Part shown: positions 30,473-41,586 of the stretch, in pieces | Numbering within the stretch: position 1 is the first letter of the stretch | Layout of the letters: every line of letters begins with the position of its first letter | Assembly (NCBI GenBank): GCA_038245115.1 | Contig: JBBRSS010000002.1 | Location: 7,020-71,019 of the forward strand | Source of the DNA: Candidatus Saccharimonadia bacterium | GTDB taxonomy: Bacteria; Patescibacteriota; Saccharimonadia; UBA4664 | Direction: 5' to 3' | DNA length: 64,000 bases | Translations under genes and position numbers: made by a program | The notes under the pieces: generated by a model | Told to the model about the DNA's origin: nothing | What the model saw: only the letters and a program-made list of their open reading frames with translations | Databases searched by the model: none

Positions 30473-30832
30473 TTGACCATGAAACAACGCCGACAGCGCC
30501 TCACGATCTGGATTGAAATCTTCATGGCCAGCCTTGTCGCCGTCAGTATGACATTCTTAGCCATCGACATCTTCGGCCATCCCAGCCCCGTTGAGAGCTT
30601 CTGGATGGAACACATCGACCTCGCAATTGCCTGCATTTTCCTGACTGAATTTATTATCCGCTTTGCCACAGCTCGCAAACCGCTCTATTTCCTCAAGGAC
30701 AACTGGTATTTATTAGTAGCCTCTATCCCGATTGCCATACCGGGGACGGAAATTTTTCGATTACTCAGGTTAGAACGCGCGCTCCGGATAATTCGCGTTT
30801 TCGATCACGCCGCCGAAGTTAGTCGCCGCTGA
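30473..30832 (+). CDS. Stand-alone voltage-sensor-like (S1-S4) membrane protein
   Basis: D.....IF..EF..RF, YF...NW....A.IP, FRLLRLERALRIIR, then stop. Confidence 0.78.
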   Translation: MTMKQRRQRLTIWIEIFMASLVAVSMTFLAIDIFGHPSPVESFWMEHIDLAIACIFLTEFIIRFATARKPLYFLKDNWYLLVASIPIAIPGTEIFRLLRLERALRIIRVFDHAAEVSRR

Positions 30833-32191
<1,359 letters not shown>

Positions 32192-32198
32192 TCACTGT

Positions 32199-32227
32199 TT
32201 GACAGTGCGCCACAATATGAATAGTAT
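32199..32227 (+). promoter_or_regulatory. Sigma70 promoter, probably producing a leaderless mRNA
   Basis: TTGACA-17 nt-TAGTAT; ATG 7 nt downstream. Confidence 0.7.
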
Positions 32228-32234
32228 GAATGGT

Positions 32235-32483
32235 ATGCAAGATCAAACGCATTCTTCAAGCATAGACAAGTGCTCCATGGATATCGTCACCGTCGGTGAA
32301 CGTGGCCAGGTCGTAATTCCTGCTGCCATTCGGGACAGTATTGGCGTCAAATCTGGCGATAAGCTAATGGCCTTTACTAAGCACGACGAGATCATCTGTC
32401 TTGCCCCCGCCACCAGCATGCGTAAACTCGTCAGCATCCTCACCGAACAGCTTGCCGATATCGAATCATCCGAACAAAATTAA
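32235..32483 (+). CDS. AbrB/MazE/SpoVT-family DNA-binding protein
   Basis: VTVGERGQVVIP..IR...G...GD.L. Confidence 0.88.
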   Translation: MQDQTHSSSIDKCSMDIVTVGERGQVVIPAAIRDSIGVKSGDKLMAFTKHDEIICLAPATSMRKLVSILTEQLADIESSEQN

Positions 32484-32503
32484 TAAATTCAGAGGGTCAA
32501 TAA

Positions 32504-34090
32504 ATGCTCCATCATCTTAGCGGCCGCGCCAAGGCCGGTATCCTTATTAGTGTCATCGCGGGTATGCTGCTCTCGGCATTGGATCAAACCATTGTCTCCA
32601 CCGCCATGCCCAAAATCTTAACCGACCTCAAAGGCTTCACCGAACTTAGCTGGGTCGTTGCAGCGTATCTTATCGCCCAAGCCGTTGCCGTACCTATTAC
32701 CTCAAAACTGTCCGACATCTACGGCCGCAAAGTTCTATTCTTCTTTAATGTCATCATTTTCCTCATTGGCTCCGTTCTCTGCGGCATCTCGCCCAGCATG
32801 ACCTGGCTCATAGCTGCCCGCGCCCTTCAGGGCGTCGGGGGAGGAGGCCTAGCCGCCGGTGCCTTTACCATCATTGCCGACATCTTCCCGCCCCGTGAGC
32901 GCGGCAAGTGGACCGGCCTCATTGCCGCCACTTTCGGTCTCGCCTCGGTCATCGGGCCGCTCCTCGGCGGCTACCTCACCGACAACCTTAGCTGGCGCTG
33001 GGTCTTCTTCGTTAACATTCCGGTAGGTATGCTTGCTCTCACCATTGCCTGGTTCGCCCTACCCAACATCAAACAGGACGCTCGAGGAGTGATCGACTGG
33101 CTGGGCTCGTTCACTATGGCCGGCACGGTTATTCCGTTCCTGCTCGCGCTCATCTGGGGCGGCACCAAATACGCCTGGAATTCGCCACAGATAATAACCT
33201 TCTTCGCCATCGCAGCCGTCATGCTAGTAGCCTTCATTGCCGTTGAGCGCCACGCCGCCGACCCTATCCTGCCCCTGAGACTCTTCAAAGTTCCCGGGTT
33301 TGCCCTGGTTAACTTAGTGATCGTCCTGTCTGCTGCCTTGCTATTCGGCGGCATCGTTTATATTCCGGTCTTCATGCAAACCGTGCTCGGCAAGAGCGCC
33401 ACCAACTCGGGCCTCCTGCTTCTGCCTCTCATGGCAGGTATCGTCATTGCCAGTATTGTTTCGGGCCAGCTCACCTCCCGCACCGGTAAAACCCGCATCA
33501 TAGGGATTGTTGGACTGTCCATCGCCACAATTGCTCTCTACCTCCTCTCCAGGCTTACCGCCGATACCTCCAGCACCACCATTAGCTGGGAAATGGTCCT
33601 GCTCGGTCTGGGCATCGGACCTAGCCTCCCGTTGATGCCCTTGATTGCTCAGAACCTCTTCAGCCCGGTCGATATCGGCGTAGTCACGGGTGCTACCACC
33701 TTCTTCCGCACCGTCGGAGGCGCCATCGGCACCGCTATTCTCGGGACTATCTTCAACAACCACCTTTCGGCCAGTCTGGGTAATTTGCCGACTTTTCAGC
33801 TCCCCCCACAGCTCGTCGCCACCCTGTCTGATCCCAATATCATCGCTTCAAATACCGCCACCGCCAACGTACTTAGCCACATTCCGCCGGCCGCCCTCCC
33901 GGCACTTCAGCCCCAAATAAATGCCTTCCTGCTTCTCACCAAAAGCTCCATTGCTAGCAGTATCGCCATTGTGTTTACCGCCTGCATGGCCCTCGCCGGT
34001 GTCTCGCTCGTGCTGTTCTACCTCATTGAAGAAAAAGAACTCCGCACCTCAAATGCCCCGGTCCATAATGCCGCCGATCCGGCTCTATAA
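32504..34090 (+). CDS. MFS drug efflux transporter, DHA2 family
   Basis: [34 protein letters not shown]. Confidence 0.93.
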   Translation: MLHHLSGRAKAGILISVIAGMLLSALDQTIVSTAMPKILTDLKGFTELSWVVAAYLIAQAVAVPITSKLSDIYGRKVLFFFNVIIFLIGSVLCGISPSMTWLIAARALQGVGGGGLAAGAFTIIADIFPPRERGKWTGLIAATFGLASVIGPLLGGYLTDNLSWRWVFFVNIPVGMLALTIAWFALPNIKQDARGVIDWLGSFTMAGTVIPFLLALIWGGTKYAWNSPQIITFFAIAAVMLVAFIAVERHAADPILPLRLFKVPGFALVNLVIVLSAALLFGGIVYIPVFMQTVLGKSATNSGLLLLPLMAGIVIASIVSGQLTSRTGKTRIIGIVGLSIATIALYLLSRLTADTSSTTISWEMVLLGLGIGPSLPLMPLIAQNLFSPVDIGVVTGATTFFRTVGGAIGTAILGTIFNNHLSASLGNLPTFQLPPQLVATLSDPNIIASNTATANVLSHIPPAALPALQPQINAFLLLTKSSIASSIAIVFTACMALAGVSLVLFYLIEEKELRTSNAPVHNAADPAL

Positions 34091-34477
34091 AGCTGCTTGA
34101 GCCTGCGCCAAATCGTCGAGAATAATCTTCGCCTCAACCTCATCTATCGGAGTTAGATCTCGGCGTTGCGCCAGCACAATATCATCTTCGCGAATCAAAT
34201 AGTGTTTAAAGTAATCACCCTCGTCGATATTCGCTGTAATCTCTATGAGCCACTCAAATGGCGGCCTCGCCCCCGGAGCCGTCTTGGCTACCCGCATCCG
34301 GCCATCCGGCCATTTCACCTCGAATTCTCTGGTCATCACCGGGTCACCGTCGAGTTCCATCGCAAAATCACTCGCGCGTACATCACGATGCTTCTTGGCG
34401 GTTGCCATAAACTTTTCGGCCGCCGTCACAATTTGGTCATAACGCGTTCTATCGACTCCTGGTCCGATTTCTCTCAT
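34085..34477 (-). CDS. Hypothetical protein
   Basis: 130-aa ORF directly downstream of mscL. Confidence 0.7.
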   Translation of the reverse strand: MREIGPGVDRTRYDQIVTAAEKFMATAKKHRDVRASDFAMELDGDPVMTREFEVKWPDGRMRVAKTAPGARPPFEWLIEITANIDEGDYFKHYLIREDDIVLAQRRDLTPIDEVEAKIILDDLAQAQAAL

Positions 34478-34482
34478 ACTAC

Positions 34483-34866
34483 CTATTTCCTCTTAGCCAA
34501 ACTATCGCGAATCTGTTCCAACACTTCCAATTGGGGGTCCATCGGCGTCGGCTCCTTTTCCTTGCCGCTATGCATCCGTACCATCAGCGCATTCAGCGGT
34601 TTTACCACAAAGAAGAACACTACCGCGGAAATAATCACAAACGAAATTAATGCGTTCAAAAATGAGCCGTACATAATTTTACTGTGGTTAATATTAAAAA
34701 ATAGCCCACTGAAATCCGGCGTACCGCCAATCGCCGCAATCAGGGGAGTAATCAAATCTTTCACCATCGAAGTCACCACCGACCCAAAAGCCGCCCCAAT
34801 CACCACGGCCACAGCCAAATCAACCACATTTCCGCGGAGTAAAAACGCTTTAAAATCGTTTAACAT
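34483..34866 (-). CDS. mscL: Large-conductance mechanosensitive channel
   Basis: FK.F..RGNVVDLAVAVVIG.AF, YG.F..A.I.F, L.QIRD.L. Confidence 0.96.
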   Translation of the reverse strand: MLNDFKAFLLRGNVVDLAVAVVIGAAFGSVVTSMVKDLITPLIAAIGGTPDFSGLFFNINHSKIMYGSFLNALISFVIISAVVFFFVVKPLNALMVRMHSGKEKEPTPMDPQLEVLEQIRDSLAKRK

Positions 34867-34955
34867 GGCCACGTTCCTTCTTTAATAGTTCATGTTAACA
34901 TATCGCAGGAAATAAATTTGCTCCGACCCTGCGATTGTGCGAGTATAGATACCGT

Positions 34956-35552
34956 ATGGAAACCGAACTGAAGCCCAAAACTCATTCCCGCCGACGGCGT
35001 CGGCGCATCACCGTCACCAGCCTCGCAACTCTGATTATTGCCACAATCGGCTTTTTTCAGCTGGCGCCCGCACCCGTTAAGCAAACTGTTCTCGCCGTTC
35101 AACCCGGACTCTGGCATGTCACCAGAGTCGTCGACGGTGACACCATTAATGTCACGCTTGGCGACCAAAAAGAAACCGTGCGCCTCCTCGGCCTCGATAC
35201 CCCCGAAACCCATGATCCCCGCAAACCCGTACAATGTTTCGGCCAGGCAGCATCCGACCACACCAAGGCGCTGCTCGAGGGCAAAGACGTTCGGCTCGAG
35301 CCCGATCCTATCAATTCCGACCGCGATAAATACCACCGCCTCCTGCGCTATATCTATCTGCCCGACGGCACGTTAGTAAACGCCGAGCTCATCCGCGACG
35401 GCTACGCCTTTGCCTACGTCATTTTCCCCCTTACCAAACTCGACGAATTTCGCGCCCTCGAAGCCGACGCCCGCAACAACAACCGTGGCCTCTGGGCGGG
35501 CTGCAACATCAATGAATCCACCGACATCAAACAAACCGCCGGCAACAAATAA
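34956..35552 (+). CDS. Membrane-anchored thermonuclease (SNase)
   Basis: VVDGDT, VRLLGLDTPE, DKY.RLL.Y, GLW. Confidence 0.93.
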   Translation: METELKPKTHSRRRRRRITVTSLATLIIATIGFFQLAPAPVKQTVLAVQPGLWHVTRVVDGDTINVTLGDQKETVRLLGLDTPETHDPRKPVQCFGQAASDHTKALLEGKDVRLEPDPINSDRDKYHRLLRYIYLPDGTLVNAELIRDGYAFAYVIFPLTKLDEFRALEADARNNNRGLWAGCNINESTDIKQTAGNK

Positions 35553-35617
35553 TTCCGCATTAAACGAAGAACGCTCCGCCAACCTCATGTCAGCGAAACG
35601 TTAATCGCCATATGATG

Positions 35618-36256
35618 TCAGCGGAGCGGCGTTGATTGACCAACGCCCGGGAGGTCCTGAACGGACTCGTCCCCGACTACGCCTGAGTTCCTTCGGCGCA
35701 ACATGGCAACCATCTCTGCCTGCTTGCGAGCTTCTTCTTGACGCTCCCGCAGCCGATCTAGCTGGTAGCCCCTTTCATACCCAGCCAACCAGCAGGCGAG
35801 AAACAACAAGATCAGCACAACAGTTGCACAGGACTGGAAAGCCCCCACCCCCGAAGGCATCGGCGGACTCGACCCGGAATATCCTCTGTCGACATCACCC
35901 TCGACCCAGAATTCCCCTTCTCGTGAGCGCCAAACATCCGTTGATGGCCGTACGCTGTCTTGCTGGTACATGACAACGTGAATTGTCGGGGCCGACTCGT
36001 ACTTGATTCCGACCTCGCGCGCAGGATCGCCGGAGCGTCCTAGACCGAACAGGTTCCCCCGTTCAATGATCGGCGCAACCGTCGGCCGCCCCCATGTCTG
36101 GAGGTACAGCTGATCGCTGCTTCGTTCGATGTTTGACAGTAAGGAAGGGTAGACAGCAACGAAGAGGAAAGTCGCCAACACAAGGCCGACAATCATGCCG
36201 CATATCCCACCCCGAAACGCCCTAGTAGTCCTGGGTAGTGCTATCTGCTCTGACAT
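35618..36256 (-). CDS. Hypothetical 2-TM membrane protein
   Basis: GGAAGG RBS, TTGCCA-17-TACTCT promoter, two hydrophobic segments. Confidence 0.6.
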   Translation of the reverse strand: MSEQIALPRTTRAFRGGICGMIVGLVLATFLFVAVYPSLLSNIERSSDQLYLQTWGRPTVAPIIERGNLFGLGRSGDPAREVGIKYESAPTIHVVMYQQDSVRPSTDVWRSREGEFWVEGDVDRGYSGSSPPMPSGVGAFQSCATVVLILLFLACWLAGYERGYQLDRLRERQEEARKQAEMVAMLRRRNSGVVGDESVQDLPGVGQSTPLR

Positions 36257-36433
36257 CAGTCTCACCTTCCGAAAATTTGACGGTACACCCTAGCGTGTAA
36301 CGCCTATTGGGAATATATAGAGTAACATAATACACCAGATATGGCAAACTAAAAAGCCGCCGTACCTTATCTACAAAAAAGTAGACGAGAGCAGCTACGC
36401 TCTACGCCTACTTACTATCACTATCTAAATTAC

Positions 36434-36829
36434 TTAGTTTGCGACTTCTTTACCCAACTTCGCGCTCACCACCACCTGCAGCGTTTCACCATCCGGCGTC
36501 GTCAGCTGAGTTTCGTTGGTCTCAGAAAAGTACGTCACCAAGTGATGGCTCATGATCTCCTGCAGATCCTTGTACTTAAACTTCAGCTCTTCTAGCTCCG
36601 AGTTCACTACCTGGTAGTCTTTGTCAGCTTCTAGCAATTTCTTAGCCGTAGCGCGCTTTTCGGACACCTCCTTAAGCTCCTCCTGGAGGTTGCGATACTC
36701 CTCGTTTTGCTCAGCAATATCCTTAAGATCGTCCTTGATGGTCTTCATTTTGCCGCGAGTCTCCGCCAACTCGAGCATCAAGCGTCCGACCGCTTCCAAC
36801 GTTGTTCTATCTTCTTCAACTGCTGCCAT
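36434..36829 (-). CDS. Coiled-coil hypothetical protein
   Basis: E/K-rich heptads, 131 aa. Confidence 0.75.
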   Translation of the reverse strand: MAAVEEDRTTLEAVGRLMLELAETRGKMKTIKDDLKDIAEQNEEYRNLQEELKEVSEKRATAKKLLEADKDYQVVNSELEELKFKYKDLQEIMSHHLVTYFSETNETQLTTPDGETLQVVVSAKLGKEVAN

Positions 36830-36944
36830 GGTGTTCCTATCTGATTAAACGTTAGCGATATCATAGCTAGATGAAGCACAAATGTCACCCCAAAAATTGC
36901 ACCGTGTATACTTTAGTTATAATAACGGTTAAAGAAGCCCAAAA

Positions 36945-37361
36945 ATGGTCCCTTACACCAAAGACTTAAGTCTCATCAAAGCGGTCGGAATTGCTGTCTC
37001 ACTGATAGGCGTAATACTTTTGATGCTCACTCTTACCTCAGCTGTTTTGGCATTATTGACCGTCAAACCTACGCTAACGCCTACCTCGACTGCAACACCG
37101 GCCTATCTCGGGATAGTCCAGTTTATTCTAGCTTTTGGGATGTCGTTTAGCATGATTGCCTGTGGGGCAGAATTATCACACCCGGAGCCGCTCATCAGCG
37201 GCGGACTGGAGACCTTGCGCTTAAACTGGGCAGCCCTGTTTGGGTTTATGATTGCCGGTTGGCTATTGGGCTTTTGGCTGCAGCCAATCCTTGGCGGACT
37301 ATCAATCGTAATCATTCTCTTGTTGCTACTAATTCGTCCCGCAGTTATCCGCCTGTCGTAG
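36945..37361 (+). CDS. Hypothetical membrane protein
   Basis: ~4 TM helices; TATAAT upstream. Confidence 0.7.
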   Translation: MVPYTKDLSLIKAVGIAVSLIGVILLMLTLTSAVLALLTVKPTLTPTSTATPAYLGIVQFILAFGMSFSMIACGAELSHPEPLISGGLETLRLNWAALFGFMIAGWLLGFWLQPILGGLSIVIILLLLLIRPAVIRLS

Positions 37362-37362
37362 G

Positions 37363-38556
37363 CTATTCGGCGGGGAGGGGGTTGGGGCCAATCACAGTCA
37401 GCTGCAATTCTGCTCGTGTAACGGCCGTATATAGCCAACGGCGCCAATCGGCCTCACTCGACTTCGCAAACCGTTCCTCAAACACTAACACGCTCTGCGC
37501 CTGCGACCCCTGGGCTTTGTGAACCGTCAGTGCATAGCCAAAGTCCCACAGGTCGCCCCTCTGCCCGTCCGGCGCCAACGGCACGTCCTTATTCGTCGTC
37601 GCAGCCCCAAACTGATCGCGCAAAATATACCCCGTGTAGGCATAATCCTCGCCATCGAGCTCAATTTCCGCCTCGTACCAGGCGCTGCCGTCGTCGCCAA
37701 TAGTCTCCGCCACGCGCCCAATACGCCCCAGCATGCCGTTAAAAATCCGCTTGGACCGATTATTGCGCAAACACACCACCCGGTCGCCCGACTGCGGCGC
37801 CGGGCTGGTCATGTCGCGCAGTTCGCGAATCGCCTGATTGAGCTTAATCCTTGTCGCATTGTAGCCGCACAAAATCAGCAAATCCTCGCGCCAATTCGAC
37901 AGCAATTCCTCAACTACCAGCCCGGTTTCCGGCAGCGCCCGGTCTAGTTTGCGTACCCCCGGGCCAAACTCCTGCACCGGCAGCACCCCCGTCTCGCGGG
38001 CCAGCGTTGCCACTTCAATAATCGCAGAGCCCTCTTCCTGGCGAAAAATCCGCTCCAACCGCAGTTGCGGAACCGCCATCAGATTAAAATCGGATCCCAC
38101 CGGCGGCAACTGCCCATGATCGCCCACGGCCAATATCGGAATCTCGAAGCTCAACAAATCCTGCCAAATCGCCTCGTCTACCATACTGGCCTCATCGACG
38201 ATGATCAGGCTCCGCTCCAGCGCGTCCTTACGAATCCAATTTGGCGTCCCTCCGGCCGAATCTTCGGTCGTATAAATAAGACTATGAATAGTCGACACGC
38301 TGTCACCTCGCCGCATGGCCCGGCGTTCCTGCAGTTTTTCCTGCAATACCCGCGTCGCCTTACCGGTATAAGCGCAAAATCCCACCGTCGCGTCCTCATC
38401 CAATTGCGCCAGAGCCTGCCGCAAATAAGCGATCAAAGTAGTCTTGCCCGTGCCGGCATACCCGCCCAACGTCAAATAGGGCGCAGTTCTCCCTCGGTAC
38501 CAGACACCGATCTGCTTAAGCGCCACCGCTTGATCTTGGCTCAACACATAACTCAT
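37363..38556 (-). CDS. SF1B RecD/Dda-like ATP-dependent DNA helicase
   Basis: GYAGTGKT, DEASMV, GD..QLPP, YALTVHKAQGS, YTAVTRA. Confidence 0.92.
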   Translation of the reverse strand: MSYVLSQDQAVALKQIGVWYRGRTAPYLTLGGYAGTGKTTLIAYLRQALAQLDEDATVGFCAYTGKATRVLQEKLQERRAMRRGDSVSTIHSLIYTTEDSAGGTPNWIRKDALERSLIIVDEASMVDEAIWQDLLSFEIPILAVGDHGQLPPVGSDFNLMAVPQLRLERIFRQEEGSAIIEVATLARETGVLPVQEFGPGVRKLDRALPETGLVVEELLSNWREDLLILCGYNATRIKLNQAIRELRDMTSPAPQSGDRVVCLRNNRSKRIFNGMLGRIGRVAETIGDDGSAWYEAEIELDGEDYAYTGYILRDQFGAATTNKDVPLAPDGQRGDLWDFGYALTVHKAQGSQAQSVLVFEERFAKSSEADWRRWLYTAVTRAELQLTVIGPNPLPAE

Positions 38557-38680
38557 GTCTCAACATTATGACCGCACAAAAGGTCTCTGCCAAATCGACC
38601 CTGCGATTGTGTAAACCACCAATGCTTAGAACAAGCCTTCACCGTATGCTGATGTTCAAGTTAAATTGGAGGTGTAAGAA

Positions 38681-38905
38681 ATGAGTAGCCGCGACTACAT
38701 TCATCAGGAGCAGCGTCTCGATGAGATCCTATTCTCAAATATCGACTCGCTCAGCAAGGTTCAACACATCATTAATCTGGGGTTCGATCCGGAAGTGGCC
38801 GACGAAATAGTCGAACGTCACCAAACCGGCTCCAGGGAAGCTGTTTACTATGAGCGCCTCGACTTCGCCGATCTCGACGACGAACCGGATGATTTGCGCA
38901 AATAA
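38681..38905 (+). CDS. Small acidic hypothetical protein
   Basis: GGAGG RBS, 74 aa. Confidence 0.7.
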   Translation: MSSRDYIHQEQRLDEILFSNIDSLSKVQHIINLGFDPEVADEIVERHQTGSREAVYYERLDFADLDDEPDDLRK

Positions 38906-38940
38906 GCCGCTTCGGTTATGCTGGCTCTACAATTCAATAG

Positions 38941-39039
38941 TCATATCAAGAGTGCAGTTAGGGATCTAGCCCGTTAACCTGCCGGCAACCCCATCCAAGG
39001 ATGGTAGGTGCTACTTCTAGCCCGCAAGGGAAGATATGT
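38941..39039 (+). ncRNA. SAM-I (S-box) riboswitch
   Basis: P1 CATATC/GATATG; ATCAAGAG, AGGGA..GCCC, CGGCAACC, GGTGCTA; directly upstream of metK. Confidence 0.92.
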
Positions 39040-39043
39040 AGGC

Positions 39044-39083
39044 AAACCGCCTTTCTTCACTTAGCCGGGAGAAAGGTTTTTTT
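39044..39083 (+). terminator. SAM riboswitch terminator / SD-sequestering hairpin
   Basis: CCTTTCTT/GGAGAAAGG stem followed by T7, ending 1 nt before the ATG. Confidence 0.75.
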
Positions 39084-39084
39084 A

Positions 39085-40212
39085 ATGTCCGAATCACTAT
39101 TTACTTCCGAATCTGTCTGCGCCGGTCACCCCGATAAGGTCTGCGACCAAATCTCCGACTCCATCCTAGATGCCATCCTGGAGGACGACCCCACCGGTCG
39201 CGTGGCGGTGGAAACCGCGGTTACCAAGGACCGCATCATATTACTAGGCGAAGTCACGACGACCGCCCAGGTCGATTACAAAGAAATCGCCCGTGAGGTC
39301 GCCCGCAAACTCGGCTACACCGACCCCGCCTGGGGTTTCTCGGATCTGTCCGAAGTCCAAATGTATCTGTCGACCCAATCTCCCGAAATTGCCGCGGGAG
39401 TAGACTTGGACGGTGCCGGCGATCAAGGCATGATGTTTGGTTACGCTTGCCGCGAAACCCCGGAGCTAATGCCCTTACCAATTACGCTCGCCCACGCCCT
39501 CACCAGAGCGCTCGACGAAGCCGCCATTAGCACTTTGCCGTATCTGCGGCCAGACGGCAAAGCCCAGGTCACCGTCCGCTACCAAGACGGCCAGCCAGTC
39601 GGCGTCGAACACGTCACCATCGCCAAGCCTCATTCGCCTAAAGTTGAGCTAGATCAAGTCAAACGCGACATCATAAAACACGTTGTCATTCCAGTCCTCG
39701 CCAAATACGATTTTTCAATTGATCCCAGCAAGGTAGTAGTCAACGGCACCGGTGTCTGGCACACCCCCGGCCCGTCGATGGATGCGGGCCTCACTGGACG
39801 CAAGATTATCGTCGACAGTTACGGCGGCTATGCCAGAGTCGGTGGGGGAGCCTTCAGCGGCAAAGACCCGACCAAAGTCGACCGCTCCGGAGCCTACGCT
39901 GCCCGCTACATCGCCAAGAATATCGTTGCTGCCGGGCTTGCCGACCGCGCCGAAGTCAGCCTGGCCTACTTCATTGGCGCCAAGCAGCCCGTCATGAAAC
40001 ATATCGAGACGTTCTCAACTTCAGCCGTTTCAGACCTTAAGCTGAGTAACTTCACCAACGAGCTTATCGACACCAGCGTCAAAGGTATCGTTGAGACACT
40101 CGACCTACGCCGCCCGATTTTTGCTCGTACCGCCGCTTACGGTCATTTCGGACAGCCCGGCTACAGCTGGGAGCAAACAATTCGCGTTCCGGCCGCAGTC
40201 AGTACGAACTAG
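39085..40212 (+). CDS. metK: S-adenosylmethionine synthetase
   Basis: FTSESV..GHPDK, GAGDQG, GGGAFSGKDP.KVDRS. Confidence 0.97.
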   Translation: MSESLFTSESVCAGHPDKVCDQISDSILDAILEDDPTGRVAVETAVTKDRIILLGEVTTTAQVDYKEIAREVARKLGYTDPAWGFSDLSEVQMYLSTQSPEIAAGVDLDGAGDQGMMFGYACRETPELMPLPITLAHALTRALDEAAISTLPYLRPDGKAQVTVRYQDGQPVGVEHVTIAKPHSPKVELDQVKRDIIKHVVIPVLAKYDFSIDPSKVVVNGTGVWHTPGPSMDAGLTGRKIIVDSYGGYARVGGGAFSGKDPTKVDRSGAYAARYIAKNIVAAGLADRAEVSLAYFIGAKQPVMKHIETFSTSAVSDLKLSNFTNELIDTSVKGIVETLDLRRPIFARTAAYGHFGQPGYSWEQTIRVPAAVSTN

Positions 40213-40645
40213 ATTCATTAGGAGTTTCGAGGATAGATTTGAGGCGCAGCAAATCAGCCCGAAAACGAGCTTCACTCACTTCCCGCAAGGCAACTTCGGC
40301 ATCACGATACAGCGCCTGGGTGTGAGTATGGTTCCAAAATTTTACTCTCGTACCCTCCGGAATTTCGAGCAGATGATAGCCTGACTCAAATCGCACCAAG
40401 CCGCTTCGGCTGCGGGCTTTAATTACTGAGCTGCCATTGTTTTGGATGATTTCCATCTCGACATTCAAGTTTGAGCCCATCCTATCGGATGTCATATGAA
40501 TCTGACTGCCTTCGTGCAACCCGTTTGACACACTCACGCTCAATATGCCGGACTGCCACCGAGGAATGTTCTTAATCCGGGTAATGAATTCCCAAACCTG
40601 CTGTCTCGGTGCATAAATATCAATTTGTAACTCCGAAGTTACCAT
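40199..40645 (-). CDS. SRPBCC/polyketide-cyclase-like protein
   Basis: I.AP...VW.FI....N.P.W, GTRV, DL.RLK.ILE. Confidence 0.8.
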   Translation of the reverse strand: MVTSELQIDIYAPRQQVWEFITRIKNIPRWQSGILSVSVSNGLHEGSQIHMTSDRMGSNLNVEMEIIQNNGSSVIKARSRSGLVRFESGYHLLEIPEGTRVKFWNHTHTQALYRDAEVALREVSEARFRADLLRLKSILETPNESSSY

Positions 40646-40736
40646 CTTCTAAGCCCCCGCCTTCAGGACACTAAACGATACTCCGCGCCAAACCGACCCG
40701 GCAGGTGCATCGCTCCAAATGCCGCGCCTATAATTG

Positions 40737-41510
40737 CTACTGAGTATAGTTACTAGCAAAATAACCAGATTTGCCCCCATATTTCCCGTGCCACCAAAAC
40801 GCTCCCACAGCATCGACACTGACCGAACCGCCGTAAGGAATCCAACCGATAATATTGAGCTTATTACTACTATTGGCGCTGCTGCGCAGCCATAAGCCGC
40901 TCTTGGACTTCACCGTCACAGCCTGAGGGTGATCGGTCGTCGGTACCGCGGCTGGGGCCGTCACGTTTACTGCAACTGGAATTGGCGTTGGCGTGGGACT
41001 CGGGGTCACTGCCGGCGTCGGCGACGACGTCGGTTCGGGAGAAGGCGTTGGAGTGGGGGAGGGCGCTGCGCTAGGAGTTGGCGTTGCTACGGCCACCGGG
41101 GGCTTATTGTTTGACTGGGTAAATAACAGGTAACCCCCGCCGCCAAGAACTATTAACGCCGCTGCTGCGCTTACCAACCACACTTTGTTGCCCGACTTTG
41201 CTACCGGCACAGGCACTTGCGCAGCGCCGGACAGCACCGCCGGTGCACCTTCTTTGGGTATCAGTAAATTAAACACCGGCGTCCCAAATTCGCTCCGGCC
41301 ATCCATTGACACACCAGCCCCCTCGGCCACCACGGACTGCGCACCACCAGTGGCCCCCGCCTCAGCAACCGATACATTAGGGCTTATCGTTTCCGCCACC
41401 GACACCACTCCGTCCACCTCAGCGGCCGTGCGATTAATAATCCCGGGATCCGCGGCAATTTTATCCATCAGATTGCCGGCTGGGATTGGCTTAGGTGATT
41501 CTGGTTCCAT
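40737..41510 (-). CDS. Single-TM protein with PT linker and C-terminal bacterial SH3 domain
   Basis: GLWLRS......IIG.IP.G..V......WW...Y.G..GY....Y. Confidence 0.8.
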   Translation of the reverse strand: MEPESPKPIPAGNLMDKIAADPGIINRTAAEVDGVVSVAETISPNVSVAEAGATGGAQSVVAEGAGVSMDGRSEFGTPVFNLLIPKEGAPAVLSGAAQVPVPVAKSGNKVWLVSAAAALIVLGGGGYLLFTQSNNKPPVAVATPTPSAAPSPTPTPSPEPTSSPTPAVTPSPTPTPIPVAVNVTAPAAVPTTDHPQAVTVKSKSGLWLRSSANSSNKLNIIGWIPYGGSVSVDAVGAFWWHGKYGGKSGYFASNYTQ

Positions 41511-41586
41511 GCCCCAAGTATACCGTTTACGCTTAAGCCCGCCAAGTTAGGCGAATATTTCACGGTTTGGCGCTATTATGAGAACA

